Shown one piece after another: positions 48,653 through 58,309 of a stretch of DNA of 64,000 nt (positions are counted from its first letter, which is position 1; each line of letters opens with the position of its first letter). The DNA is from a virus. The translations under genes and the position numbers were made by a program. Below the pieces are notes generated by a model that had not been told where the DNA came from, searched no databases, and saw only the letters and a list, made by a program, of their open reading frames with translations. The DNA lies in the IMG/VR virus record IMGVR_UViG_3300046323_000673, positions 1 through 64,000 of that record; one strand, 5' to 3'.

Positions 48653-49456
48653 ATGCCGCTCGTGCAGATCAAGATCGACCAAGCAGGTAAACCAGCGGGC
48701 CTTCCCGGCGTCGCACGTGAAGATCTCGACGTCAGCGTCGATGTCGTCTTGAGCGCGGTTGGCGGACCCTTCAGGCAGTGGCGATGGTCGGTCATCGATC
48801 AAGCACTCGAGTTCGAAACCGACTCGCTTGGAACAGCCGCGATCGTTTCACCGTCTTCGAGCACGACCGTGCTGTCTCCCATCGATGCGTCGGGGACTTA
48901 CTTGGTGCAGCTTGAGATCGATAGCGGCTCGGGACTCGGGGCGACGGCTGATGACATCGTGCGCATCACATTTTACGCGGGCGTACCGCTTGCGATCGAA
49001 CCAGACGAACTTCCGCAACGCATCCCCGCGGCGCGTGAATACACGGAGCACAACGTCCCGAATGCGGCCTACCCGCTCGGGAACGTAATCGGTTGGGCCT
49101 ACACGATCGGCAAGTGGCTTAATGGGGTCGCGCGACGGCTTTATCGAGTTGCGCCCCGTGCGGGCATTCGCATAACAACCGCAAGTGCAGGGCCTACCGT
49201 TTCGGTTGTGCGTCAGTTCTACATGTTGATCCCCACGTTCAACGGCACGACGTACACGTGCACGATTGATCCGCCATTCCCCAACGCGTTTTATGGGGTA
49301 TCGATTACGCCACACGAAAGTGTGGATTATGGGCACCCTAAAACGTGGGCGGTGAACGTGGTAAGTTCGTCCGTGTTCGAGGTCGTGTTTTACGACAACG
49401 CGGATGCACCAACGGGCGCGGACTTCACTGCGTTCGTCGGCCTTGGGGATAGCTGA
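48653..49456 (+). CDS. putative virion protein with Ig/PKD-like N-terminal domain
   Basis: WRWSVI...DASGTYLVQLEI; in baseplate module. Confidence 0.55.
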   Translation: MPLVQIKIDQAGKPAGLPGVAREDLDVSVDVVLSAVGGPFRQWRWSVIDQALEFETDSLGTAAIVSPSSSTTVLSPIDASGTYLVQLEIDSGSGLGATADDIVRITFYAGVPLAIEPDELPQRIPAAREYTEHNVPNAAYPLGNVIGWAYTIGKWLNGVARRLYRVAPRAGIRITTASAGPTVSVVRQFYMLIPTFNGTTYTCTIDPPFPNAFYGVSITPHESVDYGHPKTWAVNVVSSSVFEVVFYDNADAPTGADFTAFVGLGDS

Positions 49457-50325
49457 TGCTGGGCCTTGGTTGGGGCTCTAGCGGGTGGGGGGCTAGTGGT
49501 TGGGGTGCGCCTACCCTTGCCGATGCACTCACGATTCTATCGGCGGTTGCGGTCCGGGAAAACTGCGTGCGTCTCACGTTCAATTTGATCCTCGCGTACA
49601 CCGACGTGCGAGGACTTGTCGACGCGGCCGATCCTGATAACTACGTGTTCGAACCTGTGGAAGGCACGATCGGCGAAGATGGTTTGCCCCCCCGGCCTGT
49701 GTTTCCCGTGCTTGTCGAACAAGTCAAACGACCCGACGTGAATGGTAAATCGATCGACGTGTGGCTTGATCGACGATTGTCACCATATCCCGCGCAATAT
49801 CGTGTTCGTTGCGTGCGTTCAGTTGCCGCAAATGGCGCTGCACTTTCAAGCATGATTGCCGTGTTTCACGGCGTAACGTGGGCACCTCCCACGCCGGAAA
49901 ACGCAACCACGCCCGCAACCGACATCGCGAATCCCGGATATGAATCAGCATCGATCCCGGGTTCAACGCAGATCTTGGGCGTGTATCCAACGACGTCCCA
50001 AGGCGACTACGCGACGGATCAAGGACTCGTTTCGTACAAGAAACGCATCTTTCGCCGGCTCACGACAAGGCGTGGACGATTCGCGCATTTGCCAAATTAC
50101 GGCGTAGGGTTGCTTGACCAGATCAAACGCCTCGCCAAACCTTCGATCAAACAGACGATCGCGGCGCAAGCAGAGGCGCAAATACGCGAGGAACCTGAAA
50201 CACTCGACGTGCGCGTGACAATCACGAGCGACGCAAACACACCGGGACTCTTCCGATTCCGCGTGCAGGCGCGAACAAGTGTGTTCGGTACGGTAAACCT
50301 CGACATTCCCGTATCAACTGCGTGA
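49456..50325 (+). CDS. baseplate wedge protein with C-terminal gp25/gpW-like domain
   Basis: GLVSYKKRIFRRLTTRRGRFAHLPNYGVGL...IREEP; precedes baseplate J. Confidence 0.75.
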   Translation: MLGLGWGSSGWGASGWGAPTLADALTILSAVAVRENCVRLTFNLILAYTDVRGLVDAADPDNYVFEPVEGTIGEDGLPPRPVFPVLVEQVKRPDVNGKSIDVWLDRRLSPYPAQYRVRCVRSVAANGAALSSMIAVFHGVTWAPPTPENATTPATDIANPGYESASIPGSTQILGVYPTTSQGDYATDQGLVSYKKRIFRRLTTRRGRFAHLPNYGVGLLDQIKRLAKPSIKQTIAAQAEAQIREEPETLDVRVTITSDANTPGLFRFRVQARTSVFGTVNLDIPVSTA

Positions 50326-50335
50326 TTATTGCCGG

Positions 50336-51442
50336 GTGGATACCCCTACCCGCTTCGACCTCTACCAGATTGGCCGTGAGTATCTGCTCACGTACGCGAC
50401 AAACATTCAGCGCAACGTGGTTGACACTGAAGGGTCGGATGCGAACCTGTTCGTCGGGGCAACAAGCTTCATGGCGGGCGCGGTATCAACGCAACTTGCC
50501 GCTCGATTAGCTGCGCATTTTGCTCGTTCCGCAATTGGTGAAGACCTTGATCGATTGCTTGTCGATCGGTGGACCCTACCGCGTAAAGGTGCAGCACCCG
50601 CAATCGGTTCCGTTCGTTTTTACCGAACATCAGCAGCAGCCGGTGCGGGTACGGTTCTGGTTGGAACGAAGGTCGGAACGGATGACGGTATCGAGTACGT
50701 CACAACAACGCCTGCGCTCTTCAGCACAGGAACGCTTTCGGTTTCCGCTGACGTGCGTGCAACACGCGCGGGCGATACGCAGCAAGTCGGACGATACCGG
50801 CTCGTTCGTATTTATCAACCGGGTGTGATCTTTGACCCGTCGATTCAAGTCATCAACGACGAATCCACCGCGGGCGGGGAACCTCGAGAAGATGACGACG
50901 ACTATCGATTGCGAGGGCAGAACGCACCTGCTTCGCTTGCACGCGGAACGTTACAAGCCATTCGTGAGGGTGCGGTATCAACGCCGGGTGTAGCGACTGC
51001 AATGGCAACGGAAGCCATCGACGGGGATCTTCGTCCCGCACGCGTTGTGCTTTTATCCATCGCGGATGGTTCGGGGTTGGCAAATCGCGCATTAGGAAAC
51101 GAGGCATTGCGCACCGTTGATGATTATCGCGCGGCGGGAATTGCCGTGATTGCCACGTTATCCACGCCGTTTCTGATTGGCGTGCGATTGAAACTCGCGT
51201 TCATCGCGGGCGTGTCGACGACGATCCTGAGTGATACCGTTCGGCGTGCGGTGATCGCATACGTGAACAGTTTACCCACGGGCGGCGCGCTCTATCGCTC
51301 GAACTTGAACAGCTTGCTTGCGCGGTACCAGGCAAACGGGCTGATACCGAATCAAAGCAGCATCGTCGAACCAACGGGCGATATCTTCCCGCCGGCGGGG
51401 CGAACGATTCGCACGACAAGCGATCTCGTCACGTTGGAGTGA
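50336..51442 (+). CDS. baseplate J-like protein
   Basis: AIGEDLDRL...RKGAAPAIGSVRF, GGEPREDDDDYRLR, ARGT..AI. Confidence 0.88.
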   Translation: MDTPTRFDLYQIGREYLLTYATNIQRNVVDTEGSDANLFVGATSFMAGAVSTQLAARLAAHFARSAIGEDLDRLLVDRWTLPRKGAAPAIGSVRFYRTSAAAGAGTVLVGTKVGTDDGIEYVTTTPALFSTGTLSVSADVRATRAGDTQQVGRYRLVRIYQPGVIFDPSIQVINDESTAGGEPREDDDDYRLRGQNAPASLARGTLQAIREGAVSTPGVATAMATEAIDGDLRPARVVLLSIADGSGLANRALGNEALRTVDDYRAAGIAVIATLSTPFLIGVRLKLAFIAGVSTTILSDTVRRAVIAYVNSLPTGGALYRSNLNSLLARYQANGLIPNQSSIVEPTGDIFPPAGRTIRTTSDLVTLE

Positions 51443-51453
51443 TCAAAAGGACA

Positions 51454-51483
51454 AAATCCAATTGGATCGATCCAATTGGATTT
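51454..51483. repeat. 30-bp nested palindrome, copy 17 (extends to 51451-51486)
   Basis: Exact; abuts 3' CCA of tRNA-like element. Confidence 0.97.
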
Positions 51484-51485
51484 TG

Positions 51486-51589
51486 TGGGCGCGGCGACGG
51501 GACTCAAACCCGCGACTCCGACAACCTTGGGTAAAAGATAACGAAAACTCCAAAGTCGTCGGCGTACGTCACCTTGATCTGCACCGCGC
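51486..51589 (-). ncRNA. tRNA-like RNA with extended anticodon arm
   Basis: Acceptor CGCGGTG/CGCCGCG plus C-CCA, T arm GCGGG-TTTGAGT-CCCGT, variable loop AGTC, 13-bp stem with 19-nt loop in place of anticodon arm, poorly paired D stem. Confidence 0.55.
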
Positions 51590-51727
51590 ATACGCATCAT
51601 GACTCGTCGTCGAAGTACTCGCACGACATATCGTTCGGCGCCGCGTGAGTCATACGTTGTCGTCGGCGCCGAACGACGTGTCACTTGGGTACCAGGGCGA
51701 CGCATGCTTTGCGCTAACATCGCCAAC

Positions 51728-53302
51728 ATGGCCGAACTGAAGACAGGACCCATCACCCGCGCAGAGCTCGAACAGATTTGGAAGAGCGTCACGGACCCCG
51801 AGTATTCCCGCGCGTTCATCGACCGGGGTGAAGGACAAGGGTTCGAAGCGCACACGCAAGCGATGCAGCAGCTCGCGCGCGTATCGACGGGCATTGACCG
51901 AACAACGCAAGGGCTCTACGTCAAATCTTGGTCGGGACAAACGTTCGAGCCTGCATCAGGCGCGCAGTTCTCGACTGTGGATATCACCATCACCCGATCG
52001 AAGGAATTCGTTTGGTCGGTTGTGCTTCCCGTCGGAACACGCATTCAAGAGGTAGCGATCGATTTCGGTCGACTCGGGGGGGAAGAAGTTATCACCGGCC
52101 GGGAATACCTCTTCCCGCAAAACACGGGATTCGTCTCAGGGCAACCCGGACCCATCACCATTACCGCGATTGCAGATAGGCAAGGTGAAGGTTTCGACAA
52201 TCCCCTGCCCGGAACGTTGAACCGCATTGCACAGGTCGGTGTTGGGCTCTCCAATTCAGGCGCGAGCATCGTGCTTGGAACGAGCATTCATTCGATGATT
52301 CTCGCAATCGAACCCGACGTGATTACGAATGACCAGATCGGGCAATACGTGCAGTTCATCGCAGGTGCGAACCAAGGGCAGATCCGCCGCGTCGTGGGTA
52401 TTATTCCGCCCGATCCGATAACGCCGATCGATGGCGGAACCGCACTGCTTGAAGCAACGCAAATCTTTCGATTCGCATCAGTGGCCGGAACGTTCATCCC
52501 CGGCGAGATACTTTCGCAACCCGCAACGCCCGCGACAAGCATCGTCGTTTTGCAGGGACCGACCCATTTGATCGCGCAACGGCAAAGCGGGGATATCGTC
52601 GCGGGAACGCTTGTGTATGGCGTGCAAAGCGGCGCGGTTGCAGTCTTCGATTCTGTCGATCAATCGGGTGACTTGATCGCCGAAACGAACACCGCAACAT
52701 GGCGGATCATGAGCTGGGGTGAATTCGGGATTGCTGTTACGAACGAGGAACACCCCAACGGCGGACGTGCAGCCGTGCTTGACGAAATTGGATATGAGCG
52801 GATGACGTATCGCGGCACGGGCGAAAGCGACGATGGGTTTCGTAAACGCGTTGCGAACTTTGCGGACCTCGTGAGTCCCAAGGCGATCACGCGCATTGCG
52901 AATCGAATCCTTGTTCCGTACGGATACGAGGCGCATTTGTGCGAGGTGGGGAAGCCGAACTTTCGAGGGTTCTTCTACGACGGCGATCCCGTGCAGCAAA
53001 ACCCAGCAATCGCGTTTGCATACGATCTCGACTTCGCATTGCAACCCGCGCAAAAGCTCATGCTCGAACTCGATTACACAGAATTCCGCGCGTTCTTTTT
53101 GTTGGGTGTGCCGCGACTTGCGCTTGGTGAATTCGGGTTTGCGTACGATGATGGGATGGTGAACTTCTACGATGCAGCGCCATACCTATCGTTTTTCGAT
53201 GGGTTTCCGGCAACTGCATCGACGATTTACCGAACGTTATGGCACGCGGTAAACGGGGCAAAAGCGGGCGGGGTAGGGTTTGACTTGTCGGTGGATTGCT
53301 AA
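51728..53302 (+). CDS. baseplate wedge/tail protein following J
   Basis: VLDEIGYER...GESDDGFRKRV, AKAGGVGF C-terminus typical of gpI/J-like wedge proteins; start placed at ATG 51728. Confidence 0.7.
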   Translation: MAELKTGPITRAELEQIWKSVTDPEYSRAFIDRGEGQGFEAHTQAMQQLARVSTGIDRTTQGLYVKSWSGQTFEPASGAQFSTVDITITRSKEFVWSVVLPVGTRIQEVAIDFGRLGGEEVITGREYLFPQNTGFVSGQPGPITITAIADRQGEGFDNPLPGTLNRIAQVGVGLSNSGASIVLGTSIHSMILAIEPDVITNDQIGQYVQFIAGANQGQIRRVVGIIPPDPITPIDGGTALLEATQIFRFASVAGTFIPGEILSQPATPATSIVVLQGPTHLIAQRQSGDIVAGTLVYGVQSGAVAVFDSVDQSGDLIAETNTATWRIMSWGEFGIAVTNEEHPNGGRAAVLDEIGYERMTYRGTGESDDGFRKRVANFADLVSPKAITRIANRILVPYGYEAHLCEVGKPNFRGFFYDGDPVQQNPAIAFAYDLDFALQPAQKLMLELDYTEFRAFFLLGVPRLALGEFGFAYDDGMVNFYDAAPYLSFFDGFPATASTIYRTLWHAVNGAKAGGVGFDLSVDC

Positions 53303-53405
53303 CGTTCGCGACGGGGTTTCCAGGGCGGTTCTTCCCCCGGTTCGCCCATTGTTTGAGCGAGACCGGGGATGGTTCCCGCTGCGCCAAGCACGGCACCAAG
53401 AATCG
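53299..53405 (-). pseudogene. 3' fragment of the gene split by the IS1-family element
   Basis: Encodes ILGAVLGAAGTIPGLAQTMGEPGEEPPWKPRRER*, in frame with 56746-57261 once element and one duplication copy are removed. Confidence 0.8.
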
Positions 53406-53721
53406 GGTAGTGGGGTAAGTACCCCAGTCGCAGTTTCAAATGGGACCACTTTGGGAACGCAAACGGTCGTACTTGACGAACCCTAGTCGATGACGATTTG
53501 TGCGTACCTGAACACGCGAACCGATGACAAGAATCGTCCGATCCATCGAATGAGTGCTTGACCGTTGCAAAGTGGTCAAGTTTCACCGTGACAAACTACT
53601 AAACAATGTCCTAGCGCGCGGACAAACACTAGAAAACACTGCGTTTGGTGCTAGATTGGTCTTACTTGACGTGCACTGAAGAGTCGATTTGTTCGACGCC
53701 GGTGCGCTTCGCGAGGGGACC

Positions 53722-54819
53722 ATGTCGAACGTTTTGTCCGACGAGAAGCGTCTTGCCGTTCTTGCGGCATTGGTGGACGGCAATTCTGAGCGTGCGGTCG
53801 AACGCATGACCGACGTTGATCGGAAGACGGTTCGTCGACTTGCGATTGCGTTGGGTGAAGGTGCGGTCAACCTGCACAATCGTCTCGCGCGTGGGTTGTC
53901 GTGCTCTCTTGTCCAAGTCGATGAGATTTGGTCGTACGTGCAGAAGAAGGAAGCTCGCGTCACTGAGAAGGACGGCCCCGACGTAGGAGAGGCGTACACG
54001 TTCGTCGCGTTGGATTCGTCATCGCGGTTTGTCATTGGTTGGCACGTGGGCAAGCGTGACCAAGCGTCGACAGACACCTTCATGCAGGACGTGCGTGCGC
54101 GGCTCGTTGTTATGCCCGCCATGACGTCGGACGGGTTCGCGCCGTATATCAGTGCGATCGGTGCGTCGTTCGGTCCTGGCATCGATTACGCGCAAACGAT
54201 CAAGAATTACGGAAGCAAGGGACGTCGCGAGGGCGGATCGGATCACCGCTACGAGCCCCCTCGTGACCCGTTCATCACGAAGAAAAGCATCTTCGGCGCT
54301 CCGAACCTTGAACGCGCGAGCACGGCCTACGTAGAGCGAAACAACGGGACAATGCGCCATCACATTGGACGCATGCGCCGCTTGTGTTTGGCATTTTCCA
54401 AGAAACTTCCGAACCATCGCGCGGCAATTGCGTTGGCGTACGTGCACTACAACCTTTGCCACGTGGTCTCTACGTTGCGCGTAACGCCCGCGATGGCGGC
54501 GCACGTGACGGATCATGTTTGGGATCTTCGGGAGTTACTTGCGGCGTTGCTTGACGCTGCTCCTTGTGAAGCACCGGAGAAGCAGGTCCTTGCGTCTCGC
54601 GTGCCCGAAGTGACGCACCGCGAGCTTCCGAATAATCGCGGCTTTCTTCGGGTCGTGGACGGCGGGAAAGCCAAACCTGTAGCGCCTACGCCGATCGCCC
54701 CTGTACCCGTTCCAATGGTTGCGACGGTAGCCGAACCCGAAATACCACGGGGGACGCAGCTCGATCTTTTTGCCTGGAAAACACGTGAAAGACAGCTTTC
54801 GCTGTTTCCCGATGCGTAA
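53722..54819 (+). CDS. IS1-family DDE transposase
   Basis: N-terminal HTH, VQVDEIWSYVQKK, WHVGKRD, TSDGFAPY, TAYVERNNGTMR, RRLCLAFSKK, TPAMAA. Confidence 0.9.
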   Translation: MSNVLSDEKRLAVLAALVDGNSERAVERMTDVDRKTVRRLAIALGEGAVNLHNRLARGLSCSLVQVDEIWSYVQKKEARVTEKDGPDVGEAYTFVALDSSSRFVIGWHVGKRDQASTDTFMQDVRARLVVMPAMTSDGFAPYISAIGASFGPGIDYAQTIKNYGSKGRREGGSDHRYEPPRDPFITKKSIFGAPNLERASTAYVERNNGTMRHHIGRMRRLCLAFSKKLPNHRAAIALAYVHYNLCHVVSTLRVTPAMAAHVTDHVWDLRELLAALLDAAPCEAPEKQVLASRVPEVTHRELPNNRGFLRVVDGGKAKPVAPTPIAPVPVPMVATVAEPEIPRGTQLDLFAWKTRERQLSLFPDA

Positions 54820-54889
54820 CAAATAGACGTTGCCAATAAACATGGTCTATTGCTTCAATCATGTTCATCGATTTTGGGGACGTGTGACA

Positions 54890-55351
54890 ATGAAGCATGA
54901 GCGTAACAACTGGCCTCCGTCGTCGGCACAACTCGCGATCATAGACAAGAAGTGGCATCTGAGCGCAGAGCTACCACTTCCACCTGAAAGCACGTTGATC
55001 GAACATGCTTTTTTGATTGCGTGCGGTGTTCGACCAATGGCGTTGGTTTGCGCTATCGGTAATGATCCGGGAGCCGTGTACTATGTCGCGCTACGGCTTG
55101 ACAAGTACGCGGTAAACGCTGGCGATAACGTGATCGCGTTTATGGTTCAGGATGATAACGGCGTCATGCAATGTGGATTTGCCGGTGCACCATGGGTCAT
55201 CGATATGCTTCGATTTGCATACAGCACAGCCGCTGCGGACCATAAGCACGAGATAATCGGGCTACTGCTTGGCTACAGTGCCAACGCCATCGACCGTCAT
55301 GCGTGTTTCAATGCGGGCAAACCCGTAATTAACCCAATAGGTCAAGTTTGA
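54890..55351 (+). CDS. IS cargo: hypothetical protein
   Basis: About 153 aa, HEIIGLLLGYS motif; ORF track start 54830. Confidence 0.6.
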   Translation: MKHERNNWPPSSAQLAIIDKKWHLSAELPLPPESTLIEHAFLIACGVRPMALVCAIGNDPGAVYYVALRLDKYAVNAGDNVIAFMVQDDNGVMQCGFAGAPWVIDMLRFAYSTAAADHKHEIIGLLLGYSANAIDRHACFNAGKPVINPIGQV

Positions 55352-55727
55352 CCGCATACCAATCGCATTGGGGGCACATGGTACATCTAGTAAACTCGTC
55401 AGATTTTATCAGTCGGACTTCCTTCATGTGGCCACACACGCTCAAATAGCTACCCGTGAATGGCACTTTGCCATTAAGCGTTGTCTTATTGGCTATGAGT
55501 TCACGAGCATTCTTTTGCACGCTTAGCGATCGCATTACATCATCGCTTTGGCGTGCTGCTATTACCATGTGTATCGAATTTGTACTCTCGAACAGTACCG
55601 GATTAACGGATATAACTTCGTACGAACCGTTCGTCAGTTCGTCGAGCGTGGCTTTCGCCTTTTCTAGCGGCACTGTGCGCACTTCCCAAGTGTAGACAGT
55701 GTGGAGAGGCAAAGGTTTGTCGGCCAT
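55329..55727 (-). CDS. IS cargo: hypothetical protein
   Basis: 132 aa; WEVRTV...LDELTNGSYEVISV (DUF4177-like) plus C-terminal Cys cluster. Confidence 0.6.
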   Translation of the reverse strand: MADKPLPLHTVYTWEVRTVPLEKAKATLDELTNGSYEVISVNPVLFESTNSIHMVIAARQSDDVMRSLSVQKNARELIANKTTLNGKVPFTGSYLSVCGHMKEVRLIKSDEFTRCTMCPQCDWYAVKLDLLG

Positions 55728-55994
55728 GGATCGGATCCCATGGCGAGCGCACGCAACACGAATCCCTTGACTCGGGACCGTTACCCCTTCATCATCGCAC
55801 GCATCCGTGACGGGATGGCGGGCGAGTCTGTCGGGGCGAAAGCCGCGCGGCTCGCCCTTCTACTTTTGTTGTCAACCGCTAAACGTCCAGACAAGCCCAA
55901 ACGTTCAGCGTGTGAATGGATGGAACACCACGGCGAGCCAGTCAATGGGGCATTGTGTGGAATTTTCTACGCAATTCTAAGCAATTGGAATTGC

Positions 55995-56252
55995 TCACGA
56001 ATGCGAGACAAGAGGGGCAGTTGTCGCGTCAATCCGTGCTTCGATCTCGCGTAAACCCTTCAAGATCTCCCGACGTAGGAACACGCGTGAATGCACGCGT
56101 TTATCAGGCGTCGCGGTAGCGTCTTCGACCAACGAACGAAGGTTCGTCACAACGGGACGAAGCAGATCCGCATAGGCCGCAAGGGCCGCGGGATCGGAAG
56201 TCTGGATCGCGGCACGTATCCGCGCGCGTTCCCTCACTCGGGATCGGCTCAT
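55995..56252 (-). CDS. IS cargo: small helical protein
   Basis: MSRSRVRERARIRAA...; SD GGGAGG, ATGA overlap with HTH gene. Confidence 0.6.
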   Translation of the reverse strand: MSRSRVRERARIRAAIQTSDPAALAAYADLLRPVVTNLRSLVEDATATPDKRVHSRVFLRREILKGLREIEARIDATTAPLVSHS

Positions 56253-56593
56253 GCTGCCCTCCCGATGATCGGCGTCGTGACGACAACCTTCCCGCCTAGA
56301 AGGACCTCTACAGGCACCTTTGCCACGGCCGCCAAACGGATCGCGAACGTTCCGGTAGGCGGGATCCCGTTGGGATTTGCGATGCGTCGAAGCGTCCCGG
56401 ATGGGATCCCGGTTTGGACGGCGAGACAAGCGAAGCTTCCGAACGCGCGCTTCAACTTACGCACGGCGACGCGTACGGCCTTAGTTTCTTCGGGGGATAA
56501 CTTCAACGCGTCGGAACGACGGCGCTTTGCGGGGGATGTTTTAGACGTGTCGTTTTCTTGGCCAGCTTCGCTAGGCCAGGATAGATCGAACAT
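56249..56593 (-). CDS. IS cargo: XRE-family HTH regulator
   Basis: GSFACLAVQTGIPSGTLRRIAN...AIRLAAVAKVPVEVLL; SD GAGGT. Confidence 0.75.
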   Translation of the reverse strand: MFDLSWPSEAGQENDTSKTSPAKRRRSDALKLSPEETKAVRVAVRKLKRAFGSFACLAVQTGIPSGTLRRIANPNGIPPTGTFAIRLAAVAKVPVEVLLGGKVVVTTPIIGRAA

Positions 56594-56745
56594 GGGCGTG
56601 ACCTCGTAGAGCGGGGTTGCGTCAAGTCGCCTCGGAGGGTTTCCAGATCCTTCGGGGCGACGCCTTTTCAGGCACGCACATTCTACATCGCCGCAAGTTC
56701 GATCGTGTTAAATGGGACCACTATTCATGAAAGTACCCCACTACC

Positions 56746-57261
56746 AAGAATCGCCATTGTCGCGATTCTTGCATTTCGATTCACGCGGCGATATGCGGGC
56801 GATTGATTCGGGCGATGAACCGTCACCTCCATTTGATCTGAACCTGGCATCGCGGGATCAACCCCGGTGATGTATTCGCTCGCAACGGGCGTTCCTTGGG
56901 GCGTGCCTTCCTGTTCCTGCACGTCGGTTGTCTTGTGTTCGGCACGCTCGGGAACTGCCAGTTGCGGCGCGGCAAATTCACCATTCACCCATTCAATGAT
57001 CTCACGTTCACCATCTGGTAAAACGTACCTAAGTTTGGGCGAATCGTAATACCAGTATACGAGACGTCCATCGGGCAACCTTGACTCGTGATGATTGTGC
57101 ACATTGGCGCAATCATACGCATTGTATTGGCATACAATGCCGGAAGGATGAAGCGCGTGGCAATATGACGGCTTCTGTTTGGGAAAGTCGGGATGACCCG
57201 CGGTGATGGGTTTCCCGTACCATTCCCCAAGTCGAGCATTGTTTCGTTTCGCTTCACCCAT
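56746..57261 (-). pseudogene. 5' part of hypothetical gene interrupted by IS element
   Basis: MGEAKR... ORF runs into the IS right end and stops at 56725; natural C-terminus lies at 53299-53405. Confidence 0.8.
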
Positions 57262-58309
57262 TTAAGCACCTATCACAGTGGCGCATTCGTACATCGCCAT
57301 CCTTCGAAAACAGCTTGATCCCGTGAACCGGACATTCGTCAATCGGAACATGCGCGGAATAAGCGAATGCACTCTCATCACGAACAATTAATTGCTCATT
57401 GCCCAACCATCCTTGTTTGCGCAGTTCACCGACGATATCAGCAGGCGTCCACCCCGGCGGCTTCAATCGCTTCCCATCGCTTTCGCGTTTGGGCCCGTCT
57501 TTCTTCGCCATGTTTGCGGCGTGGATCGCGCGTGCAATTGGTCGACCATCGACGCCACATGCAACCCGCGCCCCTTCGATAACCACGTCGAGATCGCCCA
57601 ACGCGTCGATGAATTCGGGGAAGTCGACTTTGATTCGTCCATCTTTGATAATCGCAAGAATCGAATCTTGGATTGATTCCAATTCCATGCACTCCGCTTC
57701 ACCGCCGCCATAAATGCCTTGATTTCCAAACACGGAATCAAGCAGCTCGACGAACTCTTCCGCAATGAGCCGCAATCGAAAGCGCACGGTCGCATCGCTC
57801 GGAATGCCAGGCGTATCCCGACGCTCTTGGTCGGGAAGCACAACCGTGAACAGCTCGCGAACCTGCGTTGTGCGGTCATTGGCGCGGCATTGTTCAAGCT
57901 CTTTGCGCATACGCTGAACATCGAGTGCGATACCATCGCCGCCGTTTTCGGATGCATGCCCAACGTGCGCAAGTTCGGCTGAAACGTCGCGGATGACTTC
58001 GCGGAAACAATCGCGGTACATATCGCGTTCAATACGCATTTCGTCAAGTTGTTTTTGCAATAAGCGGATCGAACTATGCTTCTCGATGAACGCAATGCAT
58101 TCGGGCGGCGCACCATCCTCCGCGCGTTGATGCCACGCGTCGGAAAGCTCCTGCTTAAAGTCGTGGATCAAGTCATAGTCGTCAGTACCGTCACCATCCC
58201 GTTTTGCGATGATGTGGCTGTACGCATCCGAGATCATGGATCGTGCCCACGCATCGAAGAATTCGTCGAGTTCATTGGCGTCGTCGTTGGGTGTTTGCTC
58301 TTGAGTCAT
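57254..58309 (-). CDS. MazG-like/PRA-PH-like NTP pyrophosphohydrolase domain protein
   Basis: FRLRLIAEEFVEL...IDALGDLDVV..G...IHAANMAK...DGKRLKPPGW; SD AAGGAG. Confidence 0.82.
   Translation of the reverse strand: MTQEQTPNDDANELDEFFDAWARSMISDAYSHIIAKRDGDGTDDYDLIHDFKQELSDAWHQRAEDGAPPECIAFIEKHSSIRLLQKQLDEMRIERDMYRDCFREVIRDVSAELAHVGHASENGGDGIALDVQRMRKELEQCRANDRTTQVRELFTVVLPDQERRDTPGIPSDATVRFRLRLIAEEFVELLDSVFGNQGIYGGGEAECMELESIQDSILAIIKDGRIKVDFPEFIDALGDLDVVIEGARVACGVDGRPIARAIHAANMAKKDGPKRESDGKRLKPPGWTPADIVGELRKQGWLGNEQLIVRDESAFAYSAHVPIDECPVHGIKLFSKDGDVRMRHCDRCLNG

Larger units (their letters stand above)
53406..56745 (+). mobile_element. IS1-family element with cargo genes (3340 bp)
   Basis: Terminal inverted repeats GGTAGTGGGGTA / TACCCCACTACC; 8-bp target duplication AAGAATCG at 53398-53405 and 56746-56753; internal DDE transposase. 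Confidence 0.9.

Noticed and set aside
51486-51589. Canonical tRNA gene call
   Set aside because: No 7-nt anticodon loop, weak D stem and TTTG rather than TTCG in the T loop; reported as tRNA-like ncRNA instead.
53583-54182. Minus-strand 199-aa ORF
   Set aside because: Antisense to the well-supported transposase.
56626-56661. Hairpin upstream of the IS-borne HTH gene as a novel ncRNA
   Set aside because: Single hairpin with no second copy in the window; could be a simple leader or terminator.
56685-56713. dif-like Xer site (TCGTGTTAAAT resembles the XerD arm)
   Set aside because: The XerC arm does not match, and the sequence is better explained as part of the IS subterminal repeat.
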